DNA of 62,586 nucleotides, counting the filler, from Pseudomonadota bacterium (GTDB lineage Bacteria > Bdellovibrionota_F > JAHFAK01 > JBDREC01), in assembly GCA_043820105.1 (NCBI GenBank). It is 8 parts of 8 records of this genome, joined end to end, with 100 filler letters (N's around TTAATTAATTAA, not from the genome) between each part and the next. Parts side by side here need not be neighbours in the genome. Positions count along the whole stretch, not along the records: positions 26,369 to 49,437 come from JBDREC010000043.1; positions 49,538 to 60,390 come from JBDREC010000045.1; 6 more parts are not named here. One strand, written 5' to 3'. The notes under the pieces were generated by a model, which saw only the letters and a program-made list of their open reading frames with translations, was not told the origin of the DNA and ran no database searches. Shown here piece after piece: positions 41,733-53,100 of this stretch (position 1 is its first letter; each line of letters opens with the position of its first letter). Both the position numbers and the translations under genes were made by a program.

Positions 41733-44267
41733 ATGAACAAAAAGGTTTTGCTAAAGAAAAACATTAGCATTTTTTTTCTTATTTCAATAAATCTTTTCCT
41801 ATTTAAAACTGTGAATCTTAAAGCCCAAATACCTGATAATATTTCCATAGTAGACATTATCGGGCTTGAAGAAATTACAGCACAAGAACTTTATAAATTT
41901 TCATCTTTGGATAGGTTTGAAAAATATTTAAATGAGCAATCTAAAAGCCGTGATTCTGTAATTAATATTACATTTAGTAGTGCCTTAAATGTTTTTAATT
42001 TTATTAAATATAAATTAGGGGCTACTGATATAGAAAGCTTCAATTCAGAGTTATATGATTTAAAGCAATATGTGTTATTAATTGATTTCATTAAAAACCC
42101 AGACACTTTAAGTGATAATTTCAAGTTCATTAATTTGGCGAAAATGTTATCAAATGGGAAAATAGAGATACTGGGCTCTGAAAACAATTTATACTTATGT
42201 GCAATTACCAGAGCTGAAAAACTTCTTGGTAGGGTTATTTCATTTAAAGAATTTGAATTTTCTATGTTCCGTAATTATTCCCCTCAAAAGGATAAAAAGT
42301 TAGAAGAGACTATTCGTATACTTTTAAATTTTTTATCATTTTATTCTGTTAATGATATTGAGAATGAATTAACTCAGAGTTCAAATTATTCAATTATAAA
42401 ATTTAATAAATTAGCTTCTTTGGGAAGCCTCGAAATTCTGATTGAAATCATTAAAAATTATCCTGAAATATTTTTCTTTATACAAAAAAAACTATTAAAA
42501 AATATCAAAGAAATTAATAATAGTTCATTAAACGCTCTATTAATCGCACGCAAGGTTTTGCAGGATATCGGATCAATTGAGGATTATACAAATTTAAGAG
42601 AATCTGCGATGACTATCCTTGAAAAAGCCCTCAGAAATAATTTTACCAGGGAATTTGCAATAATACAATTCAACGAACTTGGCATGTTTTATTCAAATCT
42701 TTTTGATGTGCCTGTTGATGAAGGCAGAGTAAAAAGCACCTTAAGACTTTTTAAAAGGATTCGGAATATAAAGCAAAACAAAGAAATAAAAGAAATGAAG
42801 CAGTTTGAGTTGAGATTACTGCTTGATAGAAGTTTTGATAATGTGGATAATATTTTAATGGAATTAAACGGTGAAGCAAAATATATAGATGAAATCTTTG
42901 CAAAGATTGATTCACCAAGTCAAGAAATTAGAGAGATTGCCATCAATATAATTAGCAATATTGCTTTGAAATTTCCAAATCAAATTCTTGCTAAAATTGA
43001 AGCCAGAGCATTAGAAGGATCTGAAAGTGCGCAAATTGTATCAGAAAATATTTATAGAATTATTAAAAGCAGGAGGCATCCTTCAGAAACTCAATCAGGC
43101 GAATTTGTAGATAATCTTGATAGAACAATAAAATTGATTGAAAGTGGAAATGATTTGAGACCTGAGCTTGAGATGTCAGGTTCGCTTTCTGATAGAAAGA
43201 TTTTTGAACAACTTTCTGTAATCCTGGAATACTATCATATAGACCCCATAAATGAAGTTGCCTTGTTTGATTCTGCTTCTCTTAATAATAGAGTAAGACA
43301 AATTGTTGGGGTTCTTGTTAGAGAGGATGATGCTCTAAGAAGAGCTGATTTGCTTAATTTTATTGGCATATTATTAAATACAGTTTCAAGTGAATTCAAT
43401 TTAGAAGAAGATACTTTCATAGAATTATTTGATGCAATGAATAGGCATTTTTCAATTGTTTTCAAAGGTGAAACTATCAATGAATTGCATGAAGTTTATT
43501 CAAGGATTGCTTTGGAGATTATTTCAGTATTTGTTTCTAATAATAATTACAAGGAAGTCTTTGTGGAGCCTCGAGTTGTGCATGAATTTTCAATGCTTAT
43601 AAATAATATAATTGGCCACTTAAATCCTGGTGCTTCAATTGAACTGCTTGATGAGATAATAAGTCTATTAAATAAAGTTTTAGAAAAAAAAGAATTAGCA
43701 AGGATTCTTACAAGCGAAAGCAACCCTTTTGAAATTGATTTATTGATGCTTACTAAAAAAATTAGCATTCTATTTCTAAGTTTAAATAATCAGATAACAG
43801 CCAATGAAGCCCTGGGTAAACTAATTGTTCTAACTCAAATTACATTTGCACTCTCAAAAAACAAAATTTCGGATCTTGAAGATTCTGAGCTAAGCCATTT
43901 TAAAGCAATTACAAAAATTATAGTCGAAACATTAAAGAAACAATATCAATACAGTCTTGTACAAGTTGAAACAAAGAAAAGATTAGCAATATTTGAATCA
44001 TTTATAGAAATTTTTAATACATTAGCATCGAAATCACTAAGACAAACAATTTACAATTTCATTTCTTCAGTGCAAAATTATGAAAAGAAAAACCCTGAAA
44101 TTATCTCATTGATTGCTGCGTTTTTAGAGGAAAATATAGATATAGTAAAAAGCTCAAGAAAATCAAATTTTGCTACACAAACAGGAATTTATGCACTGCC
44201 TATACTAACTACAACCTTAGAAATAGAAATACCAATGAAACAAAGCCTTTGCCTGTCTTTATTCTAA
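41733..44267 (+). CDS. Large secreted alpha-helical hypothetical protein
   Basis: GGGAG RBS, signal peptide, one HEAT-like segment; ends SLCLSLF. Confidence 0.65.
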   Translation: MNKKVLLKKNISIFFLISINLFLFKTVNLKAQIPDNISIVDIIGLEEITAQELYKFSSLDRFEKYLNEQSKSRDSVINITFSSALNVFNFIKYKLGATDIESFNSELYDLKQYVLLIDFIKNPDTLSDNFKFINLAKMLSNGKIEILGSENNLYLCAITRAEKLLGRVISFKEFEFSMFRNYSPQKDKKLEETIRILLNFLSFYSVNDIENELTQSSNYSIIKFNKLASLGSLEILIEIIKNYPEIFFFIQKKLLKNIKEINNSSLNALLIARKVLQDIGSIEDYTNLRESAMTILEKALRNNFTREFAIIQFNELGMFYSNLFDVPVDEGRVKSTLRLFKRIRNIKQNKEIKEMKQFELRLLLDRSFDNVDNILMELNGEAKYIDEIFAKIDSPSQEIREIAINIISNIALKFPNQILAKIEARALEGSESAQIVSENIYRIIKSRRHPSETQSGEFVDNLDRTIKLIESGNDLRPELEMSGSLSDRKIFEQLSVILEYYHIDPINEVALFDSASLNNRVRQIVGVLVREDDALRRADLLNFIGILLNTVSSEFNLEEDTFIELFDAMNRHFSIVFKGETINELHEVYSRIALEIISVFVSNNNYKEVFVEPRVVHEFSMLINNIIGHLNPGASIELLDEIISLLNKVLEKKELARILTSESNPFEIDLLMLTKKISILFLSLNNQITANEALGKLIVLTQITFALSKNKISDLEDSELSHFKAITKIIVETLKKQYQYSLVQVETKKRLAIFESFIEIFNTLASKSLRQTIYNFISSVQNYEKKNPEIISLIAAFLEENIDIVKSSRKSNFATQTGIYALPILTTTLEIEIPMKQSLCLSLF

Positions 44268-44350
44268 TTAAAAGCGCTTTTTAACTTTGACATAATGAGA
44301 ATTTACTTCTAGTCTATGCCAAAATTTAATTATATAAGCAAAAATTAATT

Positions 44351-45451
44351 ATGGATGAAAATATTTCCTTTAGTTTTCAAAATTTTGCTCATTTAAAAAA
44401 CCTATCATTAAATGATCTTGAGGCTATTCGTCTAATTTTAAGAGGTGGTTCTGTTGTTGATTGGCGCAGGTTGAATTTTGATAGTAGAAATGAAATTGAT
44501 AATTTTTTATCTATTAATGGATATAATATTAATAATCCAAAAGATACAGATAGACTTTATACATTGCATAGAAAGGCCTTGAATTACATTGAGGAAAATT
44601 TTCAATATAATATGCCTGGAAAAGTGAGTAATATTGATTCTGTTTATGATTTGTTTGAAATGGCCTCAGACTGGAAAAATTTTAATAGAGATCAGGTTCT
44701 TTCCTGTGTTGTGCTTAAGGTAATGAATATTATTAATCATCTTGAAGGTCGTGAACTTTTATATACCCTTCCAATTAGTTTTAGGAGTTTTTCTCATATT
44801 GTTACTGAAAGAGTAATATCTAGAATTAATGAACTCAAACAGCATCATTGTCCAATTGTTGAAATATCTGGTGGAGAGAAAACCAAAAATTCACTTATTA
44901 CTAAATTGCTTTTAAAAAAAGATACTATTGCTGCAACCGTTTTTGATCGCTTGAGATTTAGACTTGTTGTAGAAAAAAAATCAAACATTATCCCAATGCT
45001 TTACCATCTGACCAGAGAGCTTTTTCCTTTTAATTACATAATTCCAGGTGAATCTCAAAATGATTTGATTGATTATATAGAATTTTTACAAGGTGATTCT
45101 TATGCACAAAAGTATATTAAAGATCTTCAAGTAAATATTGGTTTAGAAGAGGAATCTAAAGTTATCAGACTTAAAGAAATTATGAAAAAGAATCCTTTTT
45201 CAGCAAAAAATTTTAGAACAATGAATTTTGTCTTTGATTTGCCAATAAAAATTTTAGATTACTTTCCTGAGTTTGAAGATCGTCTTGATGAAGAAACCGG
45301 ATATTTGGTCTTTGCTCTGGCTGAAATACAGCTTATTGATGCAAAAACTTCAGATGAAAATGAAAGAGGAGAGGCAAACCATGATAAATATTCTGAGAGG
45401 AAATTAGAAAAAGCATGGAATAGGCTTGTTAAAGGAACTAAGGAAATATGA
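44351..45451 (+). CDS. TIGR04552-like conserved protein
   Basis: LRGGSVVDWRRL, LKVMNIINHLEGREL, KTKNSLITKLL, FPFNYIIPGESQN, ENERGEANH. Confidence 0.8.
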   Translation: MDENISFSFQNFAHLKNLSLNDLEAIRLILRGGSVVDWRRLNFDSRNEIDNFLSINGYNINNPKDTDRLYTLHRKALNYIEENFQYNMPGKVSNIDSVYDLFEMASDWKNFNRDQVLSCVVLKVMNIINHLEGRELLYTLPISFRSFSHIVTERVISRINELKQHHCPIVEISGGEKTKNSLITKLLLKKDTIAATVFDRLRFRLVVEKKSNIIPMLYHLTRELFPFNYIIPGESQNDLIDYIEFLQGDSYAQKYIKDLQVNIGLEEESKVIRLKEIMKKNPFSAKNFRTMNFVFDLPIKILDYFPEFEDRLDEETGYLVFALAEIQLIDAKTSDENERGEANHDKYSERKLEKAWNRLVKGTKEI

Positions 45452-45526
45452 TTGGTATTCGGTATTTAGTATTTAGTATTCGGTAAAAGATTAAAGACAT
45501 TATCTTTCTTGCGCTCTTGTCCTCTT
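45452..45526. repeat. GTATT[CT][AG] heptamer array plus octamer remnant between convergent genes
   Basis: ggtattc-ggtattt-agtattt-agtattc-ggta; cttgcgct-cttgtcct. Confidence 0.8.
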
Positions 45527-46371
45527 TACTGTGCTATCATAATTGGTTTTTGTCCTTCTTTAATCAAGAATTTGTTTAATTTTCCAACATTAAAATTGAT
45601 TAGACCGCTTTTTGAGTGTGCACCCAAAACAAAGAATTCTGCTTCTTCATAATATTTTTCTTCAAATGCATTTACAATGTCCTGACTTGTCCATTTGGTT
45701 TTAACGTCTTTAAAACCATGGGCTTCTAAATACTGTTTTGCTTCATTTAATGCAAATTCTGCTAATTCCATTTCCTTATTAGACATTAAGATTGTAAGGT
45801 CATAGTTTGCCTTGCAAGCAAGTTGTGCAAATTTCTGTAGAGCCCTGGCAGAAGGCAAGGTATTATTAAAAGCTAAAATTGTCTTGGTTTTTTCATTTTC
45901 ATTAAAAACAACTGGTGTTTCAGGAACTGCAATAATTGGTGTTACTGAATGATCTAGCACTTTATCTAAAGAATCACCTGGTTCATTATCTGTTTCAAAA
46001 TGAAAAAATGTTCTGAGTCCCATAACTACAATATCATAAAAAATAGATTCAAGGATAATATTTTTGGCAGGTACACCTTGTCTTTCAGATTTTTCAAAAA
46101 GAATGTTTTCATCCCTACATCTTTTTTCAAAAGCCTCTAATAAAGAATCAATTCTTTTGTGAGCTTGTTTTGCTTTTTCTTTTTCTAATTTTTCTGCATA
46201 ATGAAATCCACCAATTGGAACAGGGCCAATAGATTTTTCAATTCCAGGTATATCAAGAACTACTAAACCAGTAATACTTGCTCCATGACGTTTAGCCAAA
46301 TTACAGGCATAATCAAGTGCTGACTTTGAATATTCCGAAGGATCAAGTGGAAGTAATATTCTTTTTATCAT
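45526..46371 (-). CDS. Tandem universal stress protein
   Basis: KRILLPLDPSEYSKSALDYA; DIVVMG; ILAFN..SARAL; VLGAHS. Confidence 0.9.
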   Translation of the reverse strand: MIKRILLPLDPSEYSKSALDYACNLAKRHGASITGLVVLDIPGIEKSIGPVPIGGFHYAEKLEKEKAKQAHKRIDSLLEAFEKRCRDENILFEKSERQGVPAKNIILESIFYDIVVMGLRTFFHFETDNEPGDSLDKVLDHSVTPIIAVPETPVVFNENEKTKTILAFNNTLPSARALQKFAQLACKANYDLTILMSNKEMELAEFALNEAKQYLEAHGFKDVKTKWTSQDIVNAFEEKYYEEAEFFVLGAHSKSGLINFNVGKLNKFLIKEGQKPIMIAQ

Positions 46372-46511
46372 AAAAAACCTCTTTCATTAGTAATAAGTGG
46401 TATTTTGGTAAGTGGTAATTAAAAAACCTGATAGTAAAAATCAACTGAAAAATTTTATAGTGACATAAAATAATCAATAATAAATAAATAATAATTTATT
46501 TTCAATGGTGT

Positions 46512-47750
46512 TTACTGCCTAGTCCATAATTTTAGGAGCTCCACAAGAGCCAGGAAATTGGTTTCCATCCATTCGACACAGCAGAACTCATCTCTCATAT
46601 GTCCATTTGCTCCACCGCAGGAAATATCAGGGCATGGCAAACCCATTAAGGTTAAATCTGAGCCGTCTAAACCACCCCTGGAAAGGCGTTTTTTTGCCTT
46701 AACTCCAACTTTATCAAAAGCCTCATATGCAAGCTCATAAACCAGTGGGGTTTTATCAAGGTATTCTTTCATGTTTCGATATTGTTCTTTAATATCTAGT
46801 ACAATTTTTGTTTTTGGAAACATTTCCTTAACTTCTGCATATATTGAGTTAAGAATTTCTTCTTTTTCTTTTAATTTGGAATAATCATGGTCTCTTACAA
46901 GTACTTTTAATTTCGTTGTTTCTACTCCACCTTCAATTTCATATGGGTGTAAATATCCTGTTCTATCATCGGTCATTTCAGGTGAGATTTCATATGGGAT
47001 TTTATTGATGATTTCATTAACAACTCTTATAGAGTTCATCATTTTGCCTTTTGCTTGGCCTGGATGAGTATTTATTCCTTCAACTGTAAATTTTGCTAAA
47101 GAAGCGTTAAAAGTTTCATCGCAAATTTCAGCGACAGCATGACCATCAAGAGTATAAGCAAAGTCACATCCAAAAGCCTTAACATCAAAAAATTCAACTC
47201 CACGGCTAACTTCTTCATCAAGGGTAAATGCAATTTTCATTGTTCCATGTTTTATTTCAGGATTGCTTATAAGATATTCAGCCAAAGTAACAATCATCGC
47301 TATTCCTGCTTTATCATCAGCGCCTAATAGTGTTGAACCATCAGATGTAATAATGGTTTTGCCAACAAGTTCTTTTAGAATAGGGGAGTTATCAACAGTT
47401 AAGTTTAGACCATTGCCCTTTGGCAGGATAATATCATTTCCATCATAGTTTGCATGGATTATTGGATTAACATTTTTCCCAGGCGTTTCAGGAGAAGTGT
47501 CTACATGAGCCAAAAAGCCAATAACAGGCAGATTTTCTTTTTCACAATTAGCTGGTATTTCACCTGTTAAATAGCCATAATTATCAATTTTTACATTACT
47601 AAGGCCAATTTCCTCAAGTTCAGGTTTTAATATCTTTTGAAATGCAAGCTGACAATCAGTTGAAGGATATTTTTCGACACCTTCTTTTGAAGTTGTATCT
47701 ATTTTAACGTATCTTGTGAGTCGTTCAATTAGTTTTGCTCTTATATCCAT
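46512..47750 (-). CDS. pepT: Peptidase T
   Basis: GFLAHVDTSP, LLGADDKAG, FTLDEE, ETFNA, RGGLDG; likely start MDIRAK after AGGAG RBS. Confidence 0.92.
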   Translation of the reverse strand: MDIRAKLIERLTRYVKIDTTSKEGVEKYPSTDCQLAFQKILKPELEEIGLSNVKIDNYGYLTGEIPANCEKENLPVIGFLAHVDTSPETPGKNVNPIIHANYDGNDIILPKGNGLNLTVDNSPILKELVGKTIITSDGSTLLGADDKAGIAMIVTLAEYLISNPEIKHGTMKIAFTLDEEVSRGVEFFDVKAFGCDFAYTLDGHAVAEICDETFNASLAKFTVEGINTHPGQAKGKMMNSIRVVNEIINKIPYEISPEMTDDRTGYLHPYEIEGGVETTKLKVLVRDHDYSKLKEKEEILNSIYAEVKEMFPKTKIVLDIKEQYRNMKEYLDKTPLVYELAYEAFDKVGVKAKKRLSRGGLDGSDLTLMGLPCPDISCGGANGHMRDEFCCVEWMETNFLALVELLKLWTRQ

Positions 47751-47764
47751 TGTTACTCCTTGTT

Positions 47765-47796
47765 TAAGTGGTAAGTGGTATGTGGTAAGTGGTAAG
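47765..47796. repeat. TAAGTGG heptamer array directly upstream of the pepT RBS
   Basis: taagtgg-taagtgg-tatgtgg-taagtgg-taag; same family as 6836 and 46395. Confidence 0.85.
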
Positions 47797-48077
47797 ATAA
47801 AGAAAAAGGTTTGTCCAATGGAAAAATATTGTTTGGAAATTAAATTGGCCAATTGATTATTGAAAATATTACTTTTTGTGATTTTTTTTTTTCAGATGTG
47901 CATTTTTAGAATAATCAATAATTAACAATCAATTTTCAATTTTCAATTTTTTAAGAGGTGGGAAGAAGATAACCCATGAAATTTAGGAAAAAGAATAGAT
48001 TTTTTGCACTTGAACATAAAAAAACATAAACCTATTCATAAGCAATTGTTTTAATAGGCTAATCTGAGAATCTTGTT

Positions 48078-48092
48078 TGGCATAAAAATTGT
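48078..48092 (+). promoter_or_regulatory. Sigma-54-like promoter
   Basis: TGGCAT-AAAAA-TTGT just upstream of 48109. Confidence 0.55.
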
Positions 48093-48108
48093 ATATATTT
48101 AAGCTACT

Positions 48109-49080
48109 ATGCTGAAAAATAATTTACTTATAAATATAATCATCTTGTTGATTTCATGTTCATTGTTAATTTCTGGATCTCTTGAAATTACTGATCACTT
48201 GAATATGGAGTTTACTAACCTTGAAAATGGCACAGTTGAAATGAAAGTAAGTGCAATTCAAAAACTAACTAAAATTTATAGACAAACAAATGATCCAATA
48301 ATTCAAGTAAGAATTGTTTTTGCTTTTAAAAGAGCCTTAAGTGATACTCGTTTATCTGCAGGTGATAAATTAAATTTGCAAGCAAGAGTAAATCAATGGG
48401 AGCCCAAAATTGATCCTGTTTTAATTGAAAGGTATTATAAATTAACTCTTGATAAATTTGAAGATAAATTTTTAAGGATTAGTACAATTATGGATATGCT
48501 TGAAGCTGGTTTAGAAGTTGAGCAACTGCTTAAGCTTGATTTGCCTGAAAAACACCGTGAGCGTTTATTTAAAATAATTTTAAGAAATAAAGAAAAGCTA
48601 CCTCATAATGTTTCCTTAAATGCAATGAGAAATATGTTAAGTTTTGGGGCTAAGTTAGATTCAGCTTATCTTGAAGAAGTTATAACAACAACCCAAAGTT
48701 CTTTGCCTAGCAGACTTCCTCCAACAGAATCTGATAGACTTCTTGCAATGGTCCTTTATTTGCATATAAATCCAAATGAAGATGCTGTTTTAAAAATAAG
48801 CCAAATAATAAGAAGTAATGATCAGTTAATAGAATGTGCAATAATTGAATTTCAATATAATAGGTTGCCTGTTTCATCGACAACAAATGGACCAGATTTT
48901 TCCCTGGCCTCACAAAGATTATTTAACATCCTATATGCAATTGTAAATCCCAAAGAACCAGGAAATAGTGGAAATAGGAGACTTGATCATTTATCACATG
49001 AATTATTTAGGGCCACAAGACTTGAAAGAACTGAAGATATTTTAACTAGGCCATGCTCAAGACTATTGGCTGATTTATAA
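48109..49080 (+). CDS. Secreted hypothetical protein
   Basis: Signal peptide; ends PCSRLLADL. Confidence 0.7.
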   Translation: MLKNNLLINIIILLISCSLLISGSLEITDHLNMEFTNLENGTVEMKVSAIQKLTKIYRQTNDPIIQVRIVFAFKRALSDTRLSAGDKLNLQARVNQWEPKIDPVLIERYYKLTLDKFEDKFLRISTIMDMLEAGLEVEQLLKLDLPEKHRERLFKIILRNKEKLPHNVSLNAMRNMLSFGAKLDSAYLEEVITTTQSSLPSRLPPTESDRLLAMVLYLHINPNEDAVLKISQIIRSNDQLIECAIIEFQYNRLPVSSTTNGPDFSLASQRLFNILYAIVNPKEPGNSGNRRLDHLSHELFRATRLERTEDILTRPCSRLLADL

Positions 49081-49537
49081 AATAAAAAACATATTGTTTA
49101 AAGCATTGACAATTTTGATTAAAGTGAAAATATCAGTGCATGACTATCCTTTATTTAATTCTATCAATGCTTGGCTTTGGTCTAACAACAGCCATAACTA
49201 AAATTCCTTCAAAAAAAATTGGAACCATAAAAACGATTTGTATAAGAAATCTTTTTATTATACCTAAATTAGGCGATTTTATTTTGGCTGCATAATAAAT
49301 AGGCATAAAAGTTAAAAAAAGATGTTAATCGATGAGAATTTTTCATTAGAGCAATAATTATTCAAAAGCCGGCAATCAATTTTTTAAACTTTCCCTGAAA
49401 ATTTAAAAAAGCGTTAATTTTAGGTGCACCTTTCCTANNNNNNNNNNNNNNNNNNNNNNNNNNNNNNNNNNNNNNNNNNNNTTAATTAATTAANNNNNNN
49501 NNNNNNNNNNNNNNNNNNNNNNNNNNNNNNNNNNNNN

Positions 49538-49856
49538 TAGATAGCACTTGAAACAGCTATCCCAAATGGCCAACATTGATTAATTAACCTTGCTTTAATA
49601 ATCTCAAATATTTTTTTGATGGAATACTGGAATCCCTTGAAATGTGTGCTTGGCCGAAAGGTTAATACAATCCCACAAGACGAACATCGCATTCTTTTTA
49701 AGTAAAGAGCTTTTTCATATCCATTGAAATAACTTGCTCGATACTCATGTCCCCAAAGCTTCCCCTTACATTTTGGACATTCTCTTTTTATTTTCCACTT
49801 GAATTTTTTTTTAATTCTGATACTTCTTTCAAACAGATAGTAAAATATAATATCAT
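49538..49856 (-). pseudogene. Zn-finger (DUF6431-like) transposon accessory gene, frameshifted in an A9 run, partial
   Basis: MILYFTICLKEVSELKK / KWKIKRECPKCKGKLWGHEY..LYLKRMRCSSCGIVLTFRP..FQYS; homopolymer at 49804-49812. Confidence 0.6.
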
Positions 49857-50145
49857 AATAGAGCCTTTTTTTGTTTGTAATACTTTTGGCTCTATTTTTT
49901 TGCCTAAAAATCCAAGTAAATTCTTATCTTTTGTTCAATTTATTTTATTAATATACTATCTGTATTGTTTATTATTATTTGCTAGGGGACATTTAAGCGT
50001 TACCTAATTTCAAATAAAACCAGCTATAAAACAATAATTACTTTAGATTTAATCGAAGAAGCTGCTATCAAAATTGAAATATTGTTTAAATAAGCATCAA
50101 TCTCACATAATGTGCTCTGGCATTAACTTCTTTGCCAAGCACTTA

Positions 50146-53100
50146 TTAATCTTTTGGCATGTATTGTGAATCAAATTTAGAATCAAAACTAGAATTATGA
50201 CTTTCTATCCATTTTATGATATCGCCGATAATCTTTGGTTTTTGAAATCTGAAATGGAAAGTTAGGTCTGCTATGTCTCTTCCTTTTAAATCTGTATGAG
50301 CAACAGGATCTATTTCTAAATAATCACATAGTTCTTGCATTATTGGATCTTCAACTCTTTGGCCTGTCATTGGATCTCTTAAAAGGCCACCTTTCTTCAA
50401 ATAATTAACTAAGATGTTAGTTGTTCTTTCCAATCTGCCGTATAAAATATTCTTTGCCCTTGAAGATGTTTCCCATCTTTGAAGAGTTGGTCTATTTGAT
50501 TGCTTATCAACTGATCTCCAGGTTCTTTTCATAAAATCAAAGGCTTCTTCTATGAGTTCTGGGAAAGTTTCTGGATTTCTTCCTTTTGACTCTATTACAA
50601 TTCCTCTTGTTAAAGGAATAAAGTTATCACCATTTAATTTTGCTTTTGTTGCAGTCTCAAATTCTCTGATAATATCTCTTGATATTTCATCAACTGTTCT
50701 TGGGTCAAGATTTCTTGATCCTTTAATTTCAATTTGGAAAGTATCAGGTCTCATCATATAAACTTCAATATCAACACCACGGCTTTGCCATTTTGCTTTT
50801 ATATTAGCTTCCATAGTCATTATAGCACTTGTCAAACCACCCATAACCACATTCCCACCATCATGCCCATAAACAGTGTTAAAAACATTAAAGTTAATCA
50901 GATCAAGCATTATGGAACCAAAGCCTTTATAGTTTTTCTTTTTTATTGCCTCAATCACCCCTCTCAAAATATCTCGTGAGCCAATCCTCCAAACAACATC
51001 CATAACTAAAACCGGATTTTCATTTTCAGCTATTTGTTTTCTTAATCTTTTCATTTCTTCTTGTGGTTTTTTTGCTTTTGGCTCGTAATGTCCTCTTGCA
51101 TCGATTTCATCGCTTGTTATTCTTTCTGAAAATTCAGCGATGTCTCTATATTCAATTGCTGTACCACTTTTGTAAACTAAAACCTGTCCGACTTCAGCTT
51201 CTTCTGCTGCTGTGTCTGCTTTGAATAAGAATCTATCAATGCTTTCTCCATTTTCTGGAGCAAGTTTTGTAACTCTTCCAAACCAAGCACCACACCTAAA
51301 AGCTTTAGGGGCGATATAAGCTCTTGTAACAGGCGGAAGACTTGAATCAAAACCACTTGTATATTCACCTAAAAATCTATTCATTAATTCAATTTGAACT
51401 GGCTGAGCTAGTCCATGAATAACGATTGCAACTTCATCGCCTCTTGCATTCAAATTAGAAGTCATTGCAAATGCATCTTGATAACCATTTTCTCGGATGT
51501 ATCTATTAAACCTCTGAGAAATTTCATTTAGCACGCCAAAATAGTTTTCAGCTAAAACTCTATCTCCAAAGGCCTCACTTGTTGTTCTATTAATATCTGT
51601 TTGCCCTGATTTATCAAACATGAATAAGCCAATTTCCGCGTTATCAGGGATATTATGTCTTGCTGGTGATAGAATTTCAAAAAGCTCAAAGAACATTCCT
51701 CTCTGAACCATTGTTACACCTACTCTATCTATTGTTTGATCAGCTCTTAGCTTTAAAGCTTCTTCTGAACCAGGACTATCCAGAGCAATTGATTCTGTCA
51801 GTTCGCGCAAACCTTGCCTTTGTTGTATTGTTTCAACACTTCTTTCAAAAAGTCTCAATAGACTTAATTTTTCCATGTAAAATTCTTCAGCTGTTAAAGA
51901 CTGTCTTTTAGAAAGTAATTTTTCAATTCTTTGGGCTTCTGTTTGCGGTCTGCTTGCAATATCATATGTCATTTGACCTGCCGCCATTCCTGCTTTTAGT
52001 GCCATCAAAAATGTGCCTGCTTTCAAGATTTCTCTTCTTAAGTGAAAGTCTTCTTCACTGGTTCCGTGAAACATCTGTTCAAGTGCATTCAAGCCAACCA
52101 TTGTAGTAAGCTCTGTTGCAAAGGATCCAGCTGCATTAGTTAAATATATTCCTGAGTCCTTAACAAGGATCATTTTATTTCTTGTTGAAGCATTTCCAAT
52201 GTTTCTTATTATATTACTTTCAAATCTTATTCCGAGTCTGGCTAGTCTTGTTGTACCAAGCTTATGAAATGTAAGGCCACCTAATTTAAAAGCTCCTAAT
52301 ACTGCCATAGTGTGAGCAAAGTTTCCCCAGGTAAAAACTTCTCTTGGATCATATTTAAAAGAATATATCCCGCTTGTTACTAAAAAGAAAATACTTGATT
52401 CAGCCAGGAAACCAGCTGCCTTTGGCAAAAGCCTTTTAGCTGCCCTTTGAGCTGTTGTATCAAAAACTCCAAGCACTGAACCAATCTCTCTGACCATAAG
52501 TCTTGAAAATCTGGCGACCACATATCTTCCTAAAAATCCTGCTGGATAAGCACCAGCCATCGTAATTAAAACGTCTTTAGGCAAGTTTTCCATGACCTGG
52601 CAAAAATCTGGATAACTTATATTCCAGAAAGTGTAATCGCCAGTTACCATCCTGGCTTCTAAAACTTCTGCTTTTTCCTTCTGTTTTTGCGATCTTTTTA
52701 AAATTTGAATGATTTCTAAAACAGCATTATGTGGGACTTGATTTGGAGGAAAAGGTACTGTTGGTGCTAAATGATTTATAAGCTCAAATAGTTTTTCTTC
52801 TCGTTCAATTAAGTTTTCAAGATTTGTATATTCAACTAGATTTTCATAAGCTTCACTTAAACCAAGATCCTTGATCATTTGCAGAATTCTGTTGCCTTCA
52901 TAGGGTTGCATATCAATTTGGCCTTTTATTGAAGTGATTTCACCAAACCTTTCTATACCTTCTTCTAAACCTGCAATTGCTTGAACATTTAAAGCATAAA
53001 TTAGCTTTTCAAAACCTTTTTCTAAGACTCTTTTCCTTCGCAGTGCAGCTTCTTCATTTTCACCCATAATGTGCTGTATTCTGAGAAAAGATCTTTCAAC

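Noticed and set aside
47751-47852. N-terminal extension of PepT in the ORF track (LPLTTYHLPL)
   Set aside because: It is the translated heptamer array upstream of the real RBS and start at 47750.
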